From positions 672,001 through 736,000 of the forward strand of contig CAVOUE010000003.1 in assembly GCA_963699545.1 (NCBI GenBank): a DNA stretch of 64,000 nucleotides. Direction: 5' to 3'. The position numbers were made by a program, and so were the translations under genes. Numbering within the stretch: the stretch's first letter is position 1; every line of letters begins with the position of its first letter. Of this stretch, positions 1 to 9,144 are shown piece by piece. The DNA is from Nitrospirota bacterium. GTDB taxonomy: Bacteria > Nitrospirota > Thermodesulfovibrionia > Thermodesulfovibrionales > UBA9159. Under the pieces are notes generated by a model. The model was not told the DNA's origin. It made no database searches and was given only the letters and a program-made list of their open reading frames with translations.

Positions 1-282
1 CTGCTCACGTCTCAGAAGGACATTGCCCGATACAGGCCCCTGGACCTTTGCGAGGAAGCCGCCGTTTTCCGTAAGAAAGCTTATCGAAACATCATTTTCT
101 GCACAGAACCCCATGAGATACGGGCTGCACGATACCTGTCCGAAACAGACAATCCCGCCGAGTGTGTGAACAGGCACGCGGAGAGCAATTTCCCCGTCGA
201 TTTTGACGGCAACTGTCTCGCCTTCCTTTGCGAGATAGGCTCCCTGAGTTGTTACAAAAAGAGTATTAAGCAGTTTCTTCAT
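1..282 (-). CDS. cas1: Type I-C CRISPR-associated Cas1, 5' part (runs off the window)
   Basis: Manual translation MKKLLNTLFVTTQGAYLAKEGETVAVKIDGEIALRVPVHTLGGIVCFGQVSCSPYLMGFCAE...GNVLLRREQ is a typical I-C Cas1 N-terminus. Its ATG overlaps the cas4 stop (ATGA). Confidence 0.93.
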   Translation of the reverse strand, partial: MKKLLNTLFVTTQGAYLAKEGETVAVKIDGEIALRVPVHTLGGIVCFGQVSCSPYLMGFCAENDVSISFLTENGGFLAKVQGPVSGNVLLRREQ

Positions 283-908
283 TCCGCCCTCAGCACGTTT
301 TGCAAATACGAACTTGCCGACTTCGCCTTGCTACATGTTTTTGGAATACACAAATCCAGCAGTGAACATTGCTTGCACTTCTTCGAATATTCGGCTTTCG
401 GTGTAAGCCCCGACGCTATAAGCTCACGTACTTTCTTGGCAGTGTCGTCCGTCTCCATCCTCAGTTGAACGTCGAAGACAACGTCCTGCCTTCGCCGTGT
501 CTGCCCGTAAAAGAGAGCGCCTTCCTTAATATCAACATTCAGCATCTCCTCAAGGCAAATCGCCTGTGCGCAAAGCTGAACCTTATCGCAGTCATCCATC
601 TTCGGTTTTCCGCGCTTGTATTCTACGGGAAAAGGAATCCATGAGCCGTCATCCATCTTATGGAATTCGACCACATCCGCCTTGCCGATAAGCCCGAGCC
701 TGAGCGACCGCAGGGGAACGCTGTAATCTATACGGACATTCCCACGGGATTCGCATTTGTTACTATCAGCCTTCTCGTGCATGATCCTGCCCTCTGCCGT
801 GAATAGGTTCTCAGTCCATATTTGCTCAATATGGATCAAAGCACAACGACGCGAGCAGTAAAGGTAATGGTTCAGCGCTGAGAGCATTATCGGTTCAAAA
901 TCACCCAT
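279..908 (-). CDS. cas4: CRISPR-associated exonuclease Cas4
   Basis: YCSRRCALIHIEQ, ADVVEF, PVEYKRG, QLCAQA and C-terminal CxxCSLxxxC Fe-S cysteines. Confidence 0.95.
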   Translation of the reverse strand: MGDFEPIMLSALNHYLYCSRRCALIHIEQIWTENLFTAEGRIMHEKADSNKCESRGNVRIDYSVPLRSLRLGLIGKADVVEFHKMDDGSWIPFPVEYKRGKPKMDDCDKVQLCAQAICLEEMLNVDIKEGALFYGQTRRRQDVVFDVQLRMETDDTAKKVRELIASGLTPKAEYSKKCKQCSLLDLCIPKTCSKAKSASSYLQNVLRAE

Positions 909-917
909 ATCACCCCT

Positions 918-3191
918 CTAAATGCAGCAATGATCGTCAAAGTTCGCCAGATTGAGTACCCCAGCCATATAGCCAAGAAAGTCATCATATTCCAGCATCC
1001 AAAAATATAGGTCACCTGCTCCTTGAAGCGGCATAACACCATATTGAGACGCTTTCCAGCTATAAATCGCAACGGTTTTCTGCTGTAATTCTTGCGGCTC
1101 AATTTCTTTCCGGCTCTCACGGTCTTCAAGTCGCTGTCTCAGGTCATCATCTACAAGAACGGAAATAGTATTTGAGGCAATGACCTTGAATTTCTCTTCA
1201 ACATTGGGAAATTTCCGTGCCTTCTCGTCTTTTACAATTGGATCGTCGTCACATAGTCCCTGATTGAGGTCGCGGACTTCACGCCGCATCGCTTCCTTAC
1301 AAAAGTCAGGTGATATCTTTTGTTCTTTATACAAATCAGCCAATATGCGCGCTGACGTTCTAAACGCTGGATGCTCCTTGAGCAGATCTCCTGCCTTGAT
1401 TTTGAATATCCATAACTCGGAGGTGCCGAATTCTCCTGATCTGTTAGCCCTGCCGGAGGTCTGAATGGTACTGACCAGACTGCACTGTTCGCGCGCCGCC
1501 GATTTAAACGAAAAATCTATCCCTGCCTCGACGCATGAAGTGGCAACAAGCGTCCAATCAGTGTCGTTTTTATCTTTCAGACGCCTTTTTATTCGATCTA
1601 TGGTTATCTTGCGATGAATAGGGGCCAGCGCAGTAGATAAGTGTTCCACCTTGTCTTTATCGCCATTACGATAGCAGTTATGAAGCAGACCCTTTTGAGC
1701 ATATTCCACCTTGTTTCTATCATGCCGTCTTGCCATTTCTTTTGCTACTGCAGCAGCGGACTGGACCGTATTGAGTAGGACAAGACGGGGGCCGGGCAAT
1801 TCGGCAATCCAATCACACAATCCTTCAAGCGTGAGGGGATCATCTTTCATTCGATAGACAATTCGTTTCTGCTCCGAGTCTATTGTAGAAGCACGTACAG
1901 AGGGCGAAACCAATTCAAGTAGCTGGATTTTAGGAGAGGCAAATTCTTCCAACTCCCAAAAACGTGTGAGCGAGCCGGAAGCCATAACGATGTAGCAGCC
2001 CCAATCTTTTACAAGCTCCTGGAGCCATTTCCAAGCCTGCGGCCAGAGATGTGCTGGCAAAGCAGCATGGGCTTCATCAATAAAAATCGCGGAACCGGCC
2101 AACTGGTGCAATTTACGGAGTGTAGCGGGGTGATTGCTGGCAATGGTTTCAAAGAACTGCACGGCGGTCGTAACCGTAACCGGTGCATTCCAGAGAAAGG
2201 AAAATGCCCGGTTTGCCTCTTCCTCGAAATCGGCCTTATGGTGGTGTGCGGCAACCACCTTTTCCTGCTTCTCTCCGTCCAACACCAGCGCCTTCCGGTA
2301 GACCTCAACCGATTGATCAATAATGTTAGTGAACGGAAGGACAACAAAAACACGCCGTAGCCCCTTCTGTTTTGCAACGTTGAGCAAATGAGCCATAACA
2401 GCAGTCGTCTTACCAGTGCCAACCGGGCTATCACATGCAATCAACCCATTCTCGGCTGGTTGAGCTGTGCGGCAAGCATCATAAACTTGTTGCCGCAAAT
2501 CGTTACGTTCTCGACTATCTTTGTTATCTGTCGCCAATCCTGCAACATATTGGTCAAGAGCCGCAAGCCGCAACTCAGCAGTAAGCGCCACTTCCCCTTC
2601 AGGAACGGTGTTGCCATAATTGCGCGCCGTATCGGTATGGTCTGCATCCACAAGGCATGACAGGGCAAACCTTAAAAATGTTGGCCCCGGTGCTCGCCCT
2701 TTAGGGAAATTGGGACTGGACCCAATTTCAGCTTCATGATTATTGATATAATCTTTCAGTTTTTCATCAGTAATTTCTCTTACTGTCTTTTCACCGATTT
2801 TCGCACGAGTACGCACCCTGAACGGATACAGCTTGGATTTTTCTTCATATATTGAAGGTAAACCCACATGATGGGAGAAGATGCACACGGCGGACGGAAT
2901 TGATTTCTTTTCTAAAAGATAAGCGGCACCTGCATCCCAATGATCTACCGGAAGGGACTGTCTTGTCTTCACCTGAAGCACCTGTTGGTTGGCTTCATCA
3001 ATTTTGCCTAGGTCGTGGTATTCGGCAGCGGCGCGGACGGTTGATAATAAGAGAGCATCAAACCGAGTATGAGGTGCAATTTGGGAGGCGAATTCCAAGG
3101 CCCTTCTGACAACTTCAGATACATGCTGTTTGTAGGTCTGTTCTGGGCACCCAAACCTTTCACTGTGCGCTAAGAGAACTTTTCGGTTCAC
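918..3191 (-). CDS. cas3: Cas3 HD nuclease-helicase
   Basis: N-terminal LAHS...YHDLGK HD domain, LVDADH, GTGKT Walker A, DEAH, VATSCVEAGIDF, GRANR. Confidence 0.95.
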   Translation of the reverse strand: MNRKVLLAHSERFGCPEQTYKQHVSEVVRRALEFASQIAPHTRFDALLLSTVRAAAEYHDLGKIDEANQQVLQVKTRQSLPVDHWDAGAAYLLEKKSIPSAVCIFSHHVGLPSIYEEKSKLYPFRVRTRAKIGEKTVREITDEKLKDYINNHEAEIGSSPNFPKGRAPGPTFLRFALSCLVDADHTDTARNYGNTVPEGEVALTAELRLAALDQYVAGLATDNKDSRERNDLRQQVYDACRTAQPAENGLIACDSPVGTGKTTAVMAHLLNVAKQKGLRRVFVVLPFTNIIDQSVEVYRKALVLDGEKQEKVVAAHHHKADFEEEANRAFSFLWNAPVTVTTAVQFFETIASNHPATLRKLHQLAGSAIFIDEAHAALPAHLWPQAWKWLQELVKDWGCYIVMASGSLTRFWELEEFASPKIQLLELVSPSVRASTIDSEQKRIVYRMKDDPLTLEGLCDWIAELPGPRLVLLNTVQSAAAVAKEMARRHDRNKVEYAQKGLLHNCYRNGDKDKVEHLSTALAPIHRKITIDRIKRRLKDKNDTDWTLVATSCVEAGIDFSFKSAAREQCSLVSTIQTSGRANRSGEFGTSELWIFKIKAGDLLKEHPAFRTSARILADLYKEQKISPDFCKEAMRREVRDLNQGLCDDDPIVKDEKARKFPNVEEKFKVIASNTISVLVDDDLRQRLEDRESRKEIEPQELQQKTVAIYSWKASQYGVMPLQGAGDLYFWMLEYDDFLGYMAGVLNLANFDDHCCI

Positions 3192-3194
3192 AAA

Positions 3195-4226
3195 CTACTC
3201 CCTCATCAAGTCCATTAGATCTCGGATGTTTGTTGGCTTACCTTCTAAATCCTTTAGTTCTTTTAGCTTGCCTTTGAAATCTTTTAAGATATCCGGATCC
3301 TCAAGTGGGTTTGGGATTAAATATTCATTTCTCTCAGCAGAAGGTTTGTCTTTATCCTTCTCTTTCTTGGGCATCAGCACGTCTATCAGGTCAAAGTCGT
3401 TGAAGGTGCCTCTTTGATTATTGTGTTCCACATACCAAGCATGTAATACCTTAACTTGATTTCGGATTAAGGATGGATTGTGCGAATAAACGTAGGGAAT
3501 CAACTCCAGAGCAACATCAACGTCTGTCTTTGTACAGCCTGACTTACTTGCCGGCGTCGGGTTGACAAAAAATGGGATGGCATATATCCCGTGTTCAACA
3601 AACTTGAAGGCACCTGGTGCCATTCCCGCAGTTTTTCCTTCCTGCACACCAGCTTTATTGGTAAGTGTAAAATCCGTCCGTAGTTCTATCGGAGCCACAG
3701 ACAGGCCAAGTCCGAAATGGACTACGCCAGTCTTTACGTTTCTCTTTAAAGCAATGGTCTCTTCCGTTTTTGCATTCTTACCTTTGCTTGTTTTCTTGGT
3801 CTGTTTTTCTCCGGCGGTTGTGCTTTCTTCTGTGTCGCCTTCTGCCTCCTCAAGGAATGTATTCCCAAAAATGCGGCCATCCCAATACTGCTGGACAAAC
3901 CGTTTTTCTTCAAGAGGCTTGGAATCGTCATCAACAATCATTTTCTTAATTTCGCCCCGCGTTCTATCACGTTCTTCCAGAATTTGAAAGCGAGTTTCAT
4001 TCACATCGAATTTATTTTGCAAATAAAGCCAGATTGGCCCTTTTTTATTTCCAACAAGATCTCTCATTTTGCGCTTAACTGATACTGGAGAGATTTCTCC
4101 AATATCCCCGCTACGTCTTCTTGGCGCTCCGTCCCTTTCCGGGTCACCGTTTGGGTTAGAATTGCGCACCTCAACTATAATCAATCCTGTTGCTCTTGGA
4201 ATGTCTGTGCTAATTGTTTTACTCAT
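3195..4226 (-). CDS. cas7: Cas7 (Csd2/Csh2-like) backbone subunit
   Basis: NSNPNGDP and SVKRKMRD motifs, DGRIFG; position in the cas operon. Confidence 0.9.
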   Translation of the reverse strand: MSKTISTDIPRATGLIIVEVRNSNPNGDPERDGAPRRRSGDIGEISPVSVKRKMRDLVGNKKGPIWLYLQNKFDVNETRFQILEERDRTRGEIKKMIVDDDSKPLEEKRFVQQYWDGRIFGNTFLEEAEGDTEESTTAGEKQTKKTSKGKNAKTEETIALKRNVKTGVVHFGLGLSVAPIELRTDFTLTNKAGVQEGKTAGMAPGAFKFVEHGIYAIPFFVNPTPASKSGCTKTDVDVALELIPYVYSHNPSLIRNQVKVLHAWYVEHNNQRGTFNDFDLIDVLMPKKEKDKDKPSAERNEYLIPNPLEDPDILKDFKGKLKELKDLEGKPTNIRDLMDLMRE

Positions 4227-4654
4227 GTTTTTTGTGCCTCCTTATTGTTATTTTGTAGTTCCGTACTACTTTCTTTTGAGGGTTCTTCCTCTTTTACGCC
4301 ATAAGAAAGGTATCCTATGATCAACTTCGCCTTACCCGCATTATCAATTTCTTTTGGAATTTGGGTCTCTGTCAGCCTGGCTGTAATTTCAGCGATGTCC
4401 TTAAGGCAGTTTTTAGCCGCTTGTCTTGAAATCGTGTCAGGCTTCACTCTCTTGGCCCATGAAAAATATGGGTGTGTCAATCGTTTATTGAGGGATATGA
4501 AAGCTTCCAGTGGATTCTGAAGCGCAAGAGATATGTAGTCATTACCGATTAGACGAAGCGGAACATCTCCTTTTCTCACATCAAGTGAATATTGAATATG
4601 AAGCTTGTCTGCAACTGCGAAAAACCTTCCAAGGTAAAATACATCTTCATTCAT
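4223..4654 (-). CDS. cas11: Internally initiated Cas11 small subunit (143 aa) within cas8
   Basis: In-frame ATG (MNEDVFYLGR...) preceded by a strong SD: AAGGAGGTctatATG (SD at 4659-4666). Confidence 0.7.
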   Translation of the reverse strand: MNEDVFYLGRFFAVADKLHIQYSLDVRKGDVPLRLIGNDYISLALQNPLEAFISLNKRLTHPYFSWAKRVKPDTISRQAAKNCLKDIAEITARLTETQIPKEIDNAGKAKLIIGYLSYGVKEEEPSKESSTELQNNNKEAQKT

Positions 4655-6493
4655 ATAGACCTCCTTTCTAATTCCTTTTTTTTGTAAAAGCAGACCGTAT
4701 AGTGTCGGAAGCATGTGCAAATAATCGCTGTCTTTGAAAGTTATCTTTTCTGCGGCTGCATTCATCTTCGATAGAATGTGAGCCTGAGCACCTTTTATCT
4801 TAAGCTTCTCTATTTCAACTTTCATTGCTGCTTTTAATTTGGCGGTTATAAGAGCATGAGCACTCTTCTCTAGGACATTTTCAAGACCTGAGTCAACTCG
4901 TGCCCGAATTGACTCATCCTTCTCAAAGAGAAAATCCAGCGCATCAGAAGAAGTAAATCGTTTTGAAATTGGCATTTTCTGTTTGCCTTGTTTTCGCGTA
5001 ATCATCTCGCCATTTTGTCTCCATGCGCTATTCAGAAGCCAGATAGCTCGCGTTGGATAAATCTGTAGAGCGCCCTTTAGGACCTTTTCTTTTTTAAAAA
5101 ACCAGGGCAATACCACTTTGGGAATATTTTTGCATCCTTCCTGCCAGCGGCGAGCACCCGACATGTAGTATCGAAGTGGATAACGTCTAGAGGCAAGAAT
5201 CTTAGTATTGCCTTTGTCCACTGATGCGATAATGCCGATCACAATCTCTGCTGCCGGTTCGCTTTCGGCAATACCTTCGAATGTCTTCAACGCAGCTCCA
5301 GTAGCCTCTTCGCTTATATATATATTCTCTTGATCCTCAGCGTCATCACTATCAAAAATCCGTATCGCATTAGTGTTCATTAGCTTTGTGCAGTAGGCAA
5401 AGGCCACAGTGTTTCTATTTTCATATTTCCTGAGGCTTATCCATGTAATCCCTTCCCGGTTCTGGTCAAGAACATATTTCAAAGTCTTTCTTGCTAACTC
5501 CCTTGCATTATGTCCTGCAGGGAAAAGATCAGAGCTTGCAAGGCCGTAACGCATCAAACAAGGAATCTTTTCGAATGCGGCAAAAAGCTTTATCCGACCA
5601 AGTCCTTTACTATCGATGTTGTCATATTTCTCTGTCGCGCCAGCCATATCAAGACCAAAGGCATCCTTCCGCCCAACGGGCTTATTTGCCTTACTGCTTT
5701 GTTGTTCAAAGGTACGGGCCATCCATGTCTGCAAATTGCTGTGGTACGGAGGGAAACGCTTCTCTCCATATTCAGGTTTATCCCAATCTTTTATAGACAG
5801 GAGAAAGAGAGAGTCTCTACTGTGTTCCTTTCCACGTTCTTTCTTTTTGCCCTCTTTTTTGAACGCAAACAGCATTTCCGCGAAGTCCTTTTTCCCGGTG
5901 TCCCGTAGTTTTTTCATGAAAATGTCCCGAACCTCGTCTCGAAATTTGTCCGGCTGACAAAGACCTGATCTTCTGACCAGTTCTTTATATGCGCTGTATC
6001 CTCCCGGTTTTTCCGTAGCAGCTTCCAAATATTTTTGTTGCAGTTCATTTGGCAGTTCATTAAGACATCGTCCTATTAGCTTTAAATCATCTTTCCAAAG
6101 ATCATTACATCCCTTAATGAACGCTTGAAACTTAAGCTCCTCGATCTCTTCTTCCCGCTTGCCTTCTGCTTTACTTTTATCTCCCTTCTTTTGTTTTTCC
6201 TTAAGAGACTTAATTATGAATTTTGGTACCATGGACAGCTCACAGGTCACTTCATAAAATGCTCGGCAATTAATTACAGGGAAATATGGACCCGTGTTAC
6301 CTGTTTCCCATCTATAAACAGTTTCCATGCCGAAGTCTGGTATATCTGCATCTTCAACGTGCCCATCTCGGTCAAGGTATATTATGAAAGCCTTCTTGTT
6401 GGGAGAGCAACTTTTGAAGTTGGGATGCGATTCCCCAAAATCACAACCAAGTGCTTTTAATAGAGTGTTGGTTTCAATCCATTCATTCAGCAT
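4223..6493 (-). CDS. cas8c: Divergent Cas8c (Csd1)-like large subunit
   Basis: 756 aa between cas5 and cas7. C-terminal FYLGRFFAVADKLH and LIIGY resemble the Csd1 C-terminus; the N-terminal part is not recognisable by eye. Confidence 0.7.
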   Translation of the reverse strand: MLNEWIETNTLLKALGCDFGESHPNFKSCSPNKKAFIIYLDRDGHVEDADIPDFGMETVYRWETGNTGPYFPVINCRAFYEVTCELSMVPKFIIKSLKEKQKKGDKSKAEGKREEEIEELKFQAFIKGCNDLWKDDLKLIGRCLNELPNELQQKYLEAATEKPGGYSAYKELVRRSGLCQPDKFRDEVRDIFMKKLRDTGKKDFAEMLFAFKKEGKKKERGKEHSRDSLFLLSIKDWDKPEYGEKRFPPYHSNLQTWMARTFEQQSSKANKPVGRKDAFGLDMAGATEKYDNIDSKGLGRIKLFAAFEKIPCLMRYGLASSDLFPAGHNARELARKTLKYVLDQNREGITWISLRKYENRNTVAFAYCTKLMNTNAIRIFDSDDAEDQENIYISEEATGAALKTFEGIAESEPAAEIVIGIIASVDKGNTKILASRRYPLRYYMSGARRWQEGCKNIPKVVLPWFFKKEKVLKGALQIYPTRAIWLLNSAWRQNGEMITRKQGKQKMPISKRFTSSDALDFLFEKDESIRARVDSGLENVLEKSAHALITAKLKAAMKVEIEKLKIKGAQAHILSKMNAAAEKITFKDSDYLHMLPTLYGLLLQKKGIRKEVYMNEDVFYLGRFFAVADKLHIQYSLDVRKGDVPLRLIGNDYISLALQNPLEAFISLNKRLTHPYFSWAKRVKPDTISRQAAKNCLKDIAEITARLTETQIPKEIDNAGKAKLIIGYLSYGVKEEEPSKESSTELQNNNKEAQKT

Positions 6494-7136
6494 AATTTAG
6501 CCTCCCATTCTCAATCGTCCGCCCAGAGAGGCTCTGCACATACTTTGGATCGCAGACGCTGGTTTCAGAATCAAACACACAATATAGGAATGACGATAAG
6601 GTTTCATTAATAGATGTTTGCACCTTTCTGTTTTCAATATCATTTCTGATATGACCTACGTAATTAGGTACAAACTCACGCCATCCGAGACAGGGGATAT
6701 CATAAAACTGGCCCTTATTAAGACGCCTATTAAAGATTTCTTGGCAAGCATGTTGTGAATTAATTTTACTAAGTCGTGAGGCTTCTGCAAGGCTTTTCGG
6801 TACATATTCGAAATTTTCAATTCTTGCGTAAAGCCTATAACAAACGTTGATTAGAACAGTAGCCTTATGTTGAAAAGAATCGTTTTTCGTAATTTGGTCT
6901 CCTTTCCTAAGCGGGCCACCGTAGTTCGTAGTGTAATCGTGGTAAATTATCGGGGCACAGATCTCAACAGCGGTCGGGTTGATAATTACATTCTTCAAGC
7001 GTGCAATTGACTCAAAAATACCCTTTGCCGCTGACCATGGCGGCACAGGATAGCTGATCGGTGTCGCCCCTGTATCCGGCCTTGTCCACATTGCAGTCGG
7101 ACCAGAAATTTCAAGTTTTATTTCGTATGGTTCCAT
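6483..7136 (-). CDS. cas5: Cas5 (Cas5c/Cas5d type)
   Basis: GPTAMWTRP...SYPVPPWSAAKGIFESI and PCLGWREF; no cas6 in the locus. Confidence 0.9.
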   Translation of the reverse strand: MEPYEIKLEISGPTAMWTRPDTGATPISYPVPPWSAAKGIFESIARLKNVIINPTAVEICAPIIYHDYTTNYGGPLRKGDQITKNDSFQHKATVLINVCYRLYARIENFEYVPKSLAEASRLSKINSQHACQEIFNRRLNKGQFYDIPCLGWREFVPNYVGHIRNDIENRKVQTSINETLSSFLYCVFDSETSVCDPKYVQSLSGRTIENGRLNYAE

Positions 7137-7170
7137 CTATGTTCCTCCCTTCATAATAATAATGATTGTC

Positions 7171-7344
7171 TTACACCTGAATACTCCCCAAATCATGCCA
7201 CAGCCCCGCCAGATAACCCCACTCTCCACAGCCGAATTCTGCGGCAAATTGGGAGGCAAGCCTGGCTGTGCCGAGGAGATGCTCCTCAAGCCGATGCCAT
7301 TCTTCAACCGGCTTCCCCTCAAGGCTGTGGGCGTAATAGTTCAT
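7171..7344 (-). pseudogene. Truncated cas3 HD-domain remnant (57 aa)
   Basis: Manual translation MNYYAHSLEGKPVEEWHRLEEHLLGTARLASQFAAEFGCGEWGYLAGLWHDLGSIQV* matches a Cas3 N-terminus and breaks right after HDLG. Confidence 0.85.
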
Positions 7345-7416
7345 AAGCTCTCGCTTCTAAATCTGTCGTGGATAATGAACCGGGCTTTGTTGCTTTATTC
7401 GAATAGCTGGGTTTCT

Positions 7417-7466
7417 TGCGGGTTGATTGAATCCCCACTCATCTCCCTCAAAATGACGAGAATTCT
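7417..7466. repeat. 50-bp direct repeat, copy 1
   Basis: TGCGGGTTGATTGAATCCCCACTCATCTCCCTCAAAATGACGAGAATTCT; 45/50 identical to 8208-8257. Confidence 0.85.
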
Positions 7467-7557
7467 TTATTAAATGTCTGCTTTAATTCTACTCCGTTTG
7501 ATAATTTCTGTCAATTCATGGAGATACGTAATCCGGCAGTGGGGGCCACAGACGATT

Positions 7558-7839
7558 TCAAGTCAAGTTGCGTATGTAGCGTTCAGCGTCTTTTTTGCTC
7601 AAGACCCTCAGCACTACCACTGTGCCGGGTTCAATAACATAAAATACCCTGTACTTATCCACCCTGAGTCTATAGAAGTCGGCGTTCTTCCCTTTGAGCT
7701 TCTTTATCAGCTTGCCTCTCGGAAAAGGGCTTTCTGCGAGTGTTCTAAGCGCATATGCTATCTTCCCGCAGACTGTATCGCTAAAACCATCCATATCCTT
7801 TGTGGCGCGAGGGGAGAGGATAACCTCAAAGTTATCCAC
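7558..7839 (-). CDS. RelE/ParE family toxin
   Basis: GTG start overlapping the antitoxin stop; IKKLKG...YRLRVDKYRVFY motif. Confidence 0.85.
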   Translation of the reverse strand: MDNFEVILSPRATKDMDGFSDTVCGKIAYALRTLAESPFPRGKLIKKLKGKNADFYRLRVDKYRVFYVIEPGTVVVLRVLSKKDAERYIRNLT

Positions 7840-8095
7840 GCTTCTTCTTCCTTTTTGCAAGATAATCGTCCAGCGGGACGCCGCCTTTGCCGTGATATTC
7901 AGCAAGGGCCTCGGCAAGCGTGCTCTGAAGGCTGGAGCTTGTTTCAAGCAAATAGTCCTCGAAATCCTCCTCCGAAATAGCGGTCACTATAGCCCTCGGC
8001 TTGCCCTTAGACGTAATGATTACGGCCTCTTTTTCTGCTTTTCTCAAAATCTCCGAAGTCTTGTTCTTCAACTCTCTGACATTGGCAAATTTCAT
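7832..8095 (-). CDS. Phd/YefM family antitoxin
   Basis: NVRELKNKTSEILR...VIITSKGKPRAIV. Confidence 0.88.
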   Translation of the reverse strand: MKFANVRELKNKTSEILRKAEKEAVIITSKGKPRAIVTAISEEDFEDYLLETSSSLQSTLAEALAEYHGKGGVPLDDYLAKRKKKRG

Positions 8096-8107
8096 TGACT
8101 CACCTCC

Positions 8108-8130
8108 ATGTAGCTACATTTATAGCTACT
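8108..8130. promoter_or_regulatory. Probable TA autoregulatory operator
   Basis: Perfect palindrome ATGTAGCTACAT plus a second TAGCTA core directly upstream of the antitoxin RBS. Confidence 0.55.
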
Positions 8131-8207
8131 ATGACACAGCCCTTAGTTATAGTCAATGACCTGTTACGAAAAGAACAATATCGCGGGCATCGTGGGCGCT
8201 TGTTCAA

Positions 8208-8257
8208 TGCGGTTTGATCGAATCCCCACTCATCCCCTTCAAGATGACGAGAATTCT
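8208..8257. repeat. 50-bp direct repeat, copy 2
   Basis: TGCGGTTTGATCGAATCCCCACTCATCCCCTTCAAGATGACGAGAATTCT. Confidence 0.85.
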
Positions 8258-8334
8258 GTAAATAGCTTAGGTTGAACTCTATTTGTGTCCAATAATCTTT
8301 GTCAATCTGTGAGGAGATAGGGGTTTCGCTGGTC

Positions 8335-9141
8335 CTACGGCTTTTGGGCGGTTATGTATGCCGAGAAGACCATCTTTTCGACACCCTCGCCGAAATTCCA
8401 GCTTCTGATGATCTCGTCGCTGTTGCTCTTGTCCTGAATGACGATGCCGGTGAAACCGGCCCTTGTCAGGATCTCCTTCAGTTCCTCCACGGGAACCGAG
8501 CCGGTGATTCAGCCGCTGTAAGCGTTCTCGTTCTGTTTGATGGCCTCAGAGAATTCACCCTTTTTCAGCACGTCGGAGACGGCAAGCCTGCCGCCCGGTC
8601 TCAGGACCCTGAAGGCATCGTTGAACACTGCCTGCTTGTCAGGCGAAAGGTTGATGACGCAATTGGAGATGATCACATCGACGGAGGCATCTTCCAGCGG
8701 CAGACGCTCTATCTCTCCCAGTCTGAATTCCACATTCTGCAGCCCGAGTTTTTCTCCGTTGGCTTTTGCCTTTGCCACCATCTGAGGGGTCATATCCACG
8801 CCGATGACACATCCGGTCTTTCCCACCTTCATGGAAGAGAGAAAGGCGTCAAACCCTGCGCCGCTTCCCAGGTCCAGGACGCTTTCGCCTTCTTTGAGGT
8901 CTGCAATGGCGTGGGGATTCCCGCAGCCGAGGCCAAGGTTTGCCTCCCCGAGGCCGATCTTCAGTTCCTCGTCTGAATATCCGAGCCGCCTGCCTGTCTC
9001 CATGAGGCTCACGGCCCCGGTCTCAGGAGCACAGCAGCTTGAAGCCGGAAAGCAGGATGGTCCGCCGCCTGCCACGGCAGAGTAGCTTTTTATCACAAGC
9101 TGTTTGATCTCTGTTTTTTCTTTTTCCAAGCCGTGTGCCAT
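8335..9141 (-). CDS. arsM: Arsenite methyltransferase, predicted selenoprotein (268 aa, Sec211)
   Basis: NLGLGCGNP, VLDLGSGAGFD, SNCVINL. In-frame TGA at 8509-8511 in AYSG-U-ITGS at the conserved Cys; the frame continues 57 aa to TAG; SECIS-like hairpin follows. Confidence 0.85.
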
Positions 9142-9144
9142 CCT

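Noticed and set aside
1-8300. CRISPR array near the cas genes
   Set aside because: No regularly spaced repeats seen. Any array would lie beyond cas1, off the left edge. The 50-bp repeat has only two copies about 790 bp apart.
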